Shown here one piece after another: positions 59,722 through 64,000 of a stretch of 64,000 nucleotides of DNA. Where the stretch lies: positions 1-64,000 of IMG/VR virus record IMGVR_UViG_3300044632_001003. One strand, written 5' to 3'. The notes beneath the pieces were generated by a model. The model was not told the origin of the DNA and did not search any database. It was given only the letters and a program-made list of their open reading frames with translations. How positions within the stretch are numbered: position 1 is the first letter of the stretch; the number at the start of each line of letters is the position of its first letter. Position numbers and translations under genes: made by a program.

Positions 59722-60069
59722 TCAGACGGCACACCAGGCACAGTAGCGGTCGGCGTAGACCTGCTCCAGGCGGTACGCTTCGGATTCGCGGGCGTCGTCG
59801 TCGTGGTTGCCCTCCAGGGATTGGCGGCAGTGAATCAACTCATGGATCAGGGTGGTGACATACTCCAGATGGGGCAGGTCGCGCTCAACATCAATCAGGA
59901 ACTCATGAGCATCCTCCTGCTGCTGCCACCCCACCACACCCTCAGCGTTCAGGCGGCGATGATGGACGGTGACGGTAGCAGCGCCCAGGAGCGGTTCCTG
60001 ATCCAGCATGAAGCGATAGACCTGCTGGGCGAGGCGGGGGCGTTGCTTCTGTCCTGAGGTGAGCAGCAT
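59722..60069 (-). CDS. Cassette gene C, minimal zincin metallopeptidase
   Basis: TLIHELIHCRQ (HExxH) with downstream ESEAY third-ligand motif. Confidence 0.75.
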   Translation of the reverse strand: MLLTSGQKQRPRLAQQVYRFMLDQEPLLGAATVTVHHRRLNAEGVVGWQQQEDAHEFLIDVERDLPHLEYVTTLIHELIHCRQSLEGNHDDDARESEAYRLEQVYADRYCAWCAV

Positions 60070-60113
60070 GGGTCCGTTGCGGTTGAGAGTATTCTACAGG
60101 GTCGCCGCGGCCA

Positions 60114-60320
60114 TCAGGCGGGCAGGCAGTGCCAGTTGATCCATTGACCCTTGCTGCCCTTGCTGTTCCACAGGAGCGACAGAATCTCACGGCGCGATGC
60201 CACGTAGCGGTAGCAGGTCGTGGGGCTGTTGAACCAGCGGACGCGAACGCTGCCCGTGATGGGGTTGGCGCTCAGGCTCCAGACGCTGGTGGAATCGTTG
60301 CAGTTGATGGGGTAGCGCAT
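60114..60320 (-). CDS. Cassette gene D, KTSC-like domain protein
   Basis: DSTSVWSL...VRVRW...YRY...LL....SKGQWIN pattern; start MRYPIN set by the leader. Confidence 0.55.
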   Translation of the reverse strand: MRYPINCNDSTSVWSLSANPITGSVRVRWFNSPTTCYRYVASRREILSLLWNSKGSKGQWINWHCLPA

Positions 60321-60360
60321 CGGGTCGGTTGCTTTGAGAGTATTGTAGCAGGTCGGGGGC

Positions 60361-60528
60361 TCACTGCCCGTTGGTGTAGTCTCCGATGATGATGCCCGTC
60401 TCATTGTGGCGGACCTGGGCGTAACCGAATTCCTCAGACAGGGAGAGGCAGAGGTCCCAGGCGCGGTCCTCATCGGTGGTGGTGTTCTCCCAGGGAGCGG
60501 AGGGGCAGATCACGTCGTAGCGGGTCAT
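60361..60528 (-). CDS. Cassette gene E, hypothetical 55 aa
   Basis: Hand-translated MTRYDVICPSAPWENTTTDEDRAWDLCLSLSEEFGYAQVR...; TATACT plus leader. Confidence 0.75.
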   Translation of the reverse strand: MTRYDVICPSAPWENTTTDEDRAWDLCLSLSEEFGYAQVRHNETGIIIGDYTNGQ

Positions 60529-60596
60529 GGGTCGTTTGCTTGTGTCCCCATAGTATAAGACCCCCAGCGGCGAACCGTGGGGGGCAGTGGTCAGAT

Positions 60597-60740
60597 TCAG
60601 AATTGGATGGGTTCGGCAGTCGGTTCGGCGTCACCCTCCTGGGCGATGCGTTGGCCGTCTGCCAGTCCGTCCAGGATGCTCAGAATCTGGGAACCGTTGC
60701 GACCCTGGCGGAGCAGGGAGAGGGCAAGGTCAAGGGTCAT
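60597..60740 (-). CDS. Cassette gene F, hypothetical 47 aa
   Basis: Hand-translated MTLDLALSLLRQGRNGSQILSILDGLA...; TACAAT plus long leader. Confidence 0.7.
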   Translation of the reverse strand: MTLDLALSLLRQGRNGSQILSILDGLADGQRIAQEGDAEPTAEPIQF

Positions 60741-60803
60741 GGGTCGTTTGAATCAGTGTGGTTTGGTGTGGGTGTCTTTCAGGGCGCACCCGCTCCCATT
60801 GTA

Positions 60804-60980
60804 TCAGGCAGCGATCAGCAGGTCATCCTCCCAGCGGGCAGTGGTCAGAATCTCATCGTAGATCCGATCGGCAACCTGATCAACGTAGCGGCGCTCATCC
60901 GCTTTCAGGATGGCAGCGCGGCACTGGGCGGCAATCTCATCAATGCTCAGGGCGCGGTCGGTGGCGGGGTTGTAGCGCAT
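60804..60980 (-). CDS. Cassette gene G, hypothetical 58 aa
   Basis: Hand-translated MRYNPATDRALSIDEIAAQCRAAIL...; the stop is immediately followed by the next TACAAT. Confidence 0.75.
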   Translation of the reverse strand: MRYNPATDRALSIDEIAAQCRAAILKADERRYVDQVADRIYDEILTTARWEDDLLIAA

Positions 60981-61049
60981 GGGGTTCGTTTGAACTGAGA
61001 ATATTGTAGAGCAGTTTAGGGTCGGTGCTCAGGACATTGTGCCAGTGCC

Positions 61050-61232
61050 TCAGGCGGCACAGAGGGCGGATTCCAGGCAGACCTCCCGCACTTCCAGGCG
61101 GGAGTAATCATAGAGACCCCGCTGCAGCTCCAGTTCATAATCCTCAGCGGTGGAGCGGCAATCGAACAGGCGCAGGGAATCGAAGTCGGTGCCTTCATAA
61201 TCCCAACCACCGATCACAGCATAGACTTTCAT
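61050..61232 (-). CDS. Cassette gene H, hypothetical 60 aa
   Basis: Start MKVYAVIGGWDYEG set by the leader. Confidence 0.75.
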   Translation of the reverse strand: MKVYAVIGGWDYEGTDFDSLRLFDCRSTAEDYELELQRGLYDYSRLEVREVCLESALCAA

Positions 61233-61305
61233 GGGCGGGTCGTTTGAACTGAGAGTATTGTAGGGGATGGAGGTGGGGGGTTGGTGCCCCCCGTGTGCCA
61301 GTGCC

Positions 61306-61482
61306 TCAATCGGCATAGAGGGAGATGAAGTCCTCCACAAACTCCCGCGCCTCATCGCCTGACATGCGGGAGATCATCTCACGGGCGACGGTCTCCCAGG
61401 AGAAGTCGTCTGCCAGGTCAAAGATGGCGACCCGTGCCTCAGAGGCGGAGAGTTCGGAGGCGGTGATCTGGGCGTAGGTCAT
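61306..61482 (-). CDS. Cassette gene I, acidic helical 58 aa
   Basis: Start MTYAQIT set by the leader. Confidence 0.75.
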   Translation of the reverse strand: MTYAQITASELSASEARVAIFDLADDFSWETVAREMISRMSGDEAREFVEDFISLYAD

Positions 61483-61522
61483 GGGGTTGTCTGAACTGAG
61501 AGTATTGTAGGGGGTCAGGGGG

Positions 61523-61711
61523 TCAGAATCCTGCCTGCTGTTCCAGTTCCTCAAGTGTCACACGGTTCCAGGCACTGAACAGGGTAACGTGATCCAGGAC
61601 GCGGCCCATCGTCTCAGGACCAGTCTGGGGGTCGTCCAGGACCTGATCCATGCCAATGCTCATCAGGCGGTGGATCACGGCGTAGGTCTCCTGGCTGATG
61701 GTGATCTCCAT
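61523..61711 (-). CDS. Cassette gene J, hypothetical 62 aa
   Basis: Start MEITISQ; TATAAT plus leader. Confidence 0.7.
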   Translation of the reverse strand: MEITISQETYAVIHRLMSIGMDQVLDDPQTGPETMGRVLDHVTLFSAWNRVTLEELEQQAGF

Positions 61712-61753
61712 AGGGTCCGTTGCGGTTGATCCTATTATAGGGGGTGGCACCCC

Positions 61754-61993
61754 TCAGAATGCCACCAGTTGGTCCAGATCCCATTGTGGCACAGTCTGGA
61801 CGGTGCCCCCGCAGTTCTTCCGCAACCATGCGTTGATGTGCTTGCTGGTGGTGGCGCTCCACTGCTGGGCGGTGCGGATCCAACCCTTGCCAGGCACCAG
61901 GGCGGCAACGGGAGTCACGTAGGAGAACAGGATGCAGGTCCCGTCTGCCAGTTGAACCTCAGTCTGGTTGCTGCCGATCTGTTGAACGATCAT
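61754..61993 (-). CDS. Cassette gene K, conserved phage hypothetical 79 aa
   Basis: GSNQTE...LFSYVTPVAA...WSATTSKHINAWL; leader present. Confidence 0.8.
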   Translation of the reverse strand: MIVQQIGSNQTEVQLADGTCILFSYVTPVAALVPGKGWIRTAQQWSATTSKHINAWLRKNCGGTVQTVPQWDLDQLVAF

Positions 61994-62026
61994 GGGGTTC
62001 CTTCGAACTGAGAGTATTGTAGCAGG

Positions 62027-62242
62027 TCAGCGGCGGGCAGCGGCTAGCAGCAGGTCCAGTAGGACAACTGCCACAACCGCCTTCCAAAAGCCCAGGGCGG
62101 TGATTCCAAACCACCCCAGCACCAGCACCAGGAGCCACGCTTTCAGGGCAACGACGCCAGCGACGCCAACGATCAGGATACCTGCCAGAGCCACCATCTG
62201 CGGGGTGCTGAGGTCCTCAATCCAGGGGTAACGCTTGCTCAT
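62027..62242 (-). CDS. Cassette gene L, small membrane protein
   Basis: Almost entirely hydrophobic, at least 2 TM segments; leader present. Confidence 0.75.
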   Translation of the reverse strand: MSKRYPWIEDLSTPQMVALAGILIVGVAGVVALKAWLLVLVLGWFGITALGFWKAVVAVVLLDLLLAAARR

Positions 62243-62311
62243 GGGTGCCTTGCGGTTGAGAGTATTGTAAGGGGTCAGCGGTGCCCTTTGGGGCAGGGAG
62301 TGGACAGTGCC

Positions 62312-62470
62312 TCAGGTGTCCTCATCCTCCCCCAGAATGAACCCATCAACCCATCCTGCTGTGTATCCGTCATCTTTGGTGAACAGGCGGATCTTAAGAA
62401 GTTTGGCGATTGCAAAGGGCAAACCGATCACCAGGGCTCCAGGGATGAGAATGGCAAGCAGTTCGGTCAT
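62312..62470 (-). CDS. Cassette gene M, single-TM protein with acidic tail, 52 aa
   Basis: Hand-translated MTELLAILIPGALVIGLPFAIAKLL...GEDEDT. Confidence 0.7.
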   Translation of the reverse strand: MTELLAILIPGALVIGLPFAIAKLLKIRLFTKDDGYTAGWVDGFILGEDEDT

Positions 62471-62503
62471 GGGGTTCCTTTGAACTGAGAGTATTGTAGC
62501 GGG

Positions 62504-62671
62504 TCAGCGGGCGATCAGGTCGCCTGCAGTGTACAGTGCCTGAGCTGTCACATGGCGGACGGGGCGAATCGGTTCCCATAGTATCCAGAGCAGCAGAGCG
62601 GCAACGGTCAGGCGAAGCATGGTAGCACGGTGGAACTCAGGGGAACGGGAACGGGTCAGGGAGCGGATCAT
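62504..62671 (-). CDS. Cassette gene N, single-TM protein, 55 aa, coupled to gene O
   Basis: MIRSLTRSRSPEFHRATMLRLTVAALLLWILW...; ATGA overlap with gene O. Confidence 0.65.
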   Translation of the reverse strand: MIRSLTRSRSPEFHRATMLRLTVAALLLWILWEPIRPVRHVTAQALYTAGDLIAR

Positions 62672-62811
62672 GCGATGTGAGCAGGGGAACCACAGGAACG
62701 GTAGAATTCTACCATACGTTCCGCCTCTGCCAGGGTGGGGAACCATTGCGACCGCCACTCACAGTGGTTGTAGGGGACCTGGTAGCGGACTTCGTAGCGG
62801 GTCAGTGCCAT
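62668..62811 (-). CDS. Cassette gene O, hypothetical 47 aa
   Basis: Hand-translated MALTRYEVRYQVPYNHCEWRSQWFPTLAEAERMVEFYRSCGSPAHIA. Confidence 0.75.
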   Translation of the reverse strand: MALTRYEVRYQVPYNHCEWRSQWFPTLAEAERMVEFYRSCGSPAHIA

Positions 62812-62968
62812 GGGTCAGTTGAAAGACTTTGGGGTGGCGGGTCCGTGACCTCCCGCCTACGGGGTCAAGGGGTCTGTGGGGTTGCCCCCGCCGTTCCTCC
62901 CCTTGTTGAACATAGTATGGCACGGCAGAGGGGGCAGGTCTATGGGGTGTGTGCCACATTCTGAACTG

Positions 62969-63553
62969 TCACAGCACCTCTTTGCCGAACTTGCCACACA
63001 GGTAGAATGCCATTCCTTTATCTTTCAGGGTGCAACCTGCAAAGGTGAGAGGAACATAGGCGCCGTTAGTTTTAGATGCTTTGGTGCGAATTTGCAGCAG
63101 TCCGTTAGGACCAGTGATGGTGCTCAGTTGCTCACCAGCATTGAACTTAGCACGAATGGTATCACAAATGTGGTTGTAATCCTCCGCCAGTTCCTGATAG
63201 TGTTCGGGGTGAGTTTCAGGGTTCAGAACCTCAGTGCCCACATAATCGTTGGAGCGGGTGAAACCAACGTAGATGGTTTGAGAGAGTTTCTCACCGACTT
63301 TGCTGTCAGCGAAACTAACACTATCCTCCAGAATCTCAGAGAGGCAATGCTTCAGTTGGGTGACAGCGATAGACTCACCAACCGTGAAGGTCTTCAGTTC
63401 TCCATCCACCAGATCTTTCAGGTTGGAACTGTTAGGAATGCCCAGGGCAGTTTCAATCAGTTGCCCACGGGATCCTTTGTTCTTCCCAGGTTTGGCGAAC
63501 GCAGCGAAGTTAGTTACCTTCAGTTGGGCAGCGACTTGCAGGGTGTTGAGCAT
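62969..63553 (-). CDS. Cassette gene P, MutH/Sau3AI-like PD-(D/E)xK endonuclease
   Basis: NKGSRGQLIETALGI...DLVDGELKT, LQIRTK; start MLNTLQ set by the leader. Confidence 0.7.
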   Translation of the reverse strand: MLNTLQVAAQLKVTNFAAFAKPGKNKGSRGQLIETALGIPNSSNLKDLVDGELKTFTVGESIAVTQLKHCLSEILEDSVSFADSKVGEKLSQTIYVGFTRSNDYVGTEVLNPETHPEHYQELAEDYNHICDTIRAKFNAGEQLSTITGPNGLLQIRTKASKTNGAYVPLTFAGCTLKDKGMAFYLCGKFGKEVL

Positions 63554-63619
63554 CGGGTGCGTTGCTGATGAGATTAGTATAGGGCACCAGGGGCACCCCA
63601 CAAGGGGGTCTGTGCCACT

Positions 63620-64000
63620 TCAACGATTGGCACACTGGAAGCGACCGCTGTTGAAGTTAGCGTTAGAAAAGACCTCACGATTCACCAGTTTGAACATACC
63701 AAACTGATTCACCAGAACGTAACCCTCAGCGTCGATTCTGTTACCGTACAGATAAGCAGCAGGACCATCATTGCGGCAGAGGAACAGGCAGTCATCTTTG
63801 ATAGACTTCACCAATGCCCACAGACGCAGCAGGTTAGCATCACAATCAAAGTCCTCAGGATTCACCTCTTCACCAGCACGAATGCAGGCATTGATCTGTT
63901 GTTTGATCTTTGCCGCTTCCTTCTCACTCACAAAGGTGGCAGTTTGTGCCATCTGACGGGCGAACTTGCACACCTCTTCAACATCAGCGAACGACTCCTG
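63620..64000 (-). CDS. 3' part of a conserved cyanophage hypothetical protein (5' end outside window)
   Basis: The frame stays open to the window edge; C-terminal EGYV...FKLVNREVFSNANF. Confidence 0.7.
   Translation of the reverse strand, partial: QESFADVEEVCKFARQMAQTATFVSEKEAAKIKQQINACIRAGEEVNPEDFDCDANLLRLWALVKSIKDDCLFLCRNDGPAAYLYGNRIDAEGYVLVNQFGMFKLVNREVFSNANFNSGRFQCANR

Larger units (their letters stand above)
59433..63633 (-). repeat. Dispersed repeat: 15 promoter-leader units, consensus (CTGACCYGC)TACAAT-ACTCTCAGTTCAAACGACCC-ATG
   Basis: -10 boxes at 59456, 59708, 60091, 60342, 60552, 60798, 61003, 61257, 61504, 61734, 62016, 62264, 62493, 62914 and 63576 (lowest coordinate), each ahead of an ATG. 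Confidence 0.92.

Noticed and set aside
62700-62713. 14-bp palindrome GGTAGAATTCTACC containing TAGAAT, as a promoter for gene N
   Set aside because: It lies inside gene O (MVEFYR), has no cassette leader, and N is already coupled to O by an ATGA overlap.
59141-62964. Plus-strand ORFs and upstream-extended starts in the GC-rich region (e.g. 59141..59383, 60540..60998, 61050..61355)
   Set aside because: High GC produces long spurious frames. The extensions run through the conserved promoter-leader, which fixes the real ATGs.
62876-63568. 230-aa plus-strand ORF
   Set aside because: It is the antisense shadow of the MutH-like gene, which has both motifs and a promoter.
59433-63633. CRISPR array or integron attC array
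   Set aside because: The repeats are degenerate promoters separated by 150-600 bp genes, not 30-40 bp spacers. I saw no attC R/L boxes, cas gene or integrase in the window.
60129-63633. TGGCAC read as a sigma54 -24 box
   Set aside because: There is no TTGC at the -12 position, it is half of a palindrome, and cyanobacteria are not known to have sigma54.
1-64000. tRNA or rRNA genes
   Set aside because: The intergenic gaps are short and I saw no cloverleaf or T-loop signatures. A tRNAscan-SE run would confirm this.

Overview
The window is part of a T4-like (myovirus) cyanophage genome, and every gene I can support is on the minus strand. From 1 to about 59,050 it is AT-rich and has the usual cyanomyovirus layout: CobT-like peptidase-vWA gene, gp46/gp47, late sigma gp55, uvsW, uvsY, gp3, head genes 23-22-21-20, tail genes 19-18, terminase 17/16, neck genes 15-14-13, fibre genes, baseplate genes (VrlC-like, 8, 7, 6, 25), then speD, a PRTase-fold gene, a GT-A glycosyltransferase and an AbrB-like gene. 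T4-type late promoters (TATAAATA/ATAAATA) punctuate this part. At about 59,150 the composition jumps to GC-rich (roughly 60% by eye). The most unusual feature lies there: an array of 15 promoter-gene cassettes, most about 250 bp apart. Each has a sigma70-like -10 box, no canonical -35 at the positions I checked, and a leader ending ACCC/GCCC-(N)-ATG with no SD site (20-25 nt, longer in two units). Most also have an imperfect palindrome, GTGCCA-N10-TGGCAC, 30-32 bp upstream of the -10 and written into the 3' end of the preceding gene. The same palindrome at the same spacing precedes the CobT-like gene about 57 kb away. Cassette cargo includes a MutH/Sau3AI-like nuclease, a minimal HExxH protease, a KTSC-like protein and small membrane proteins. 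Other leads are capsid-targeting-like motifs, a possible protease-cleaved internal polyprotein, an NblA-like gene and structured leaders. All family assignments come from motif recognition by eye; no database search was run.
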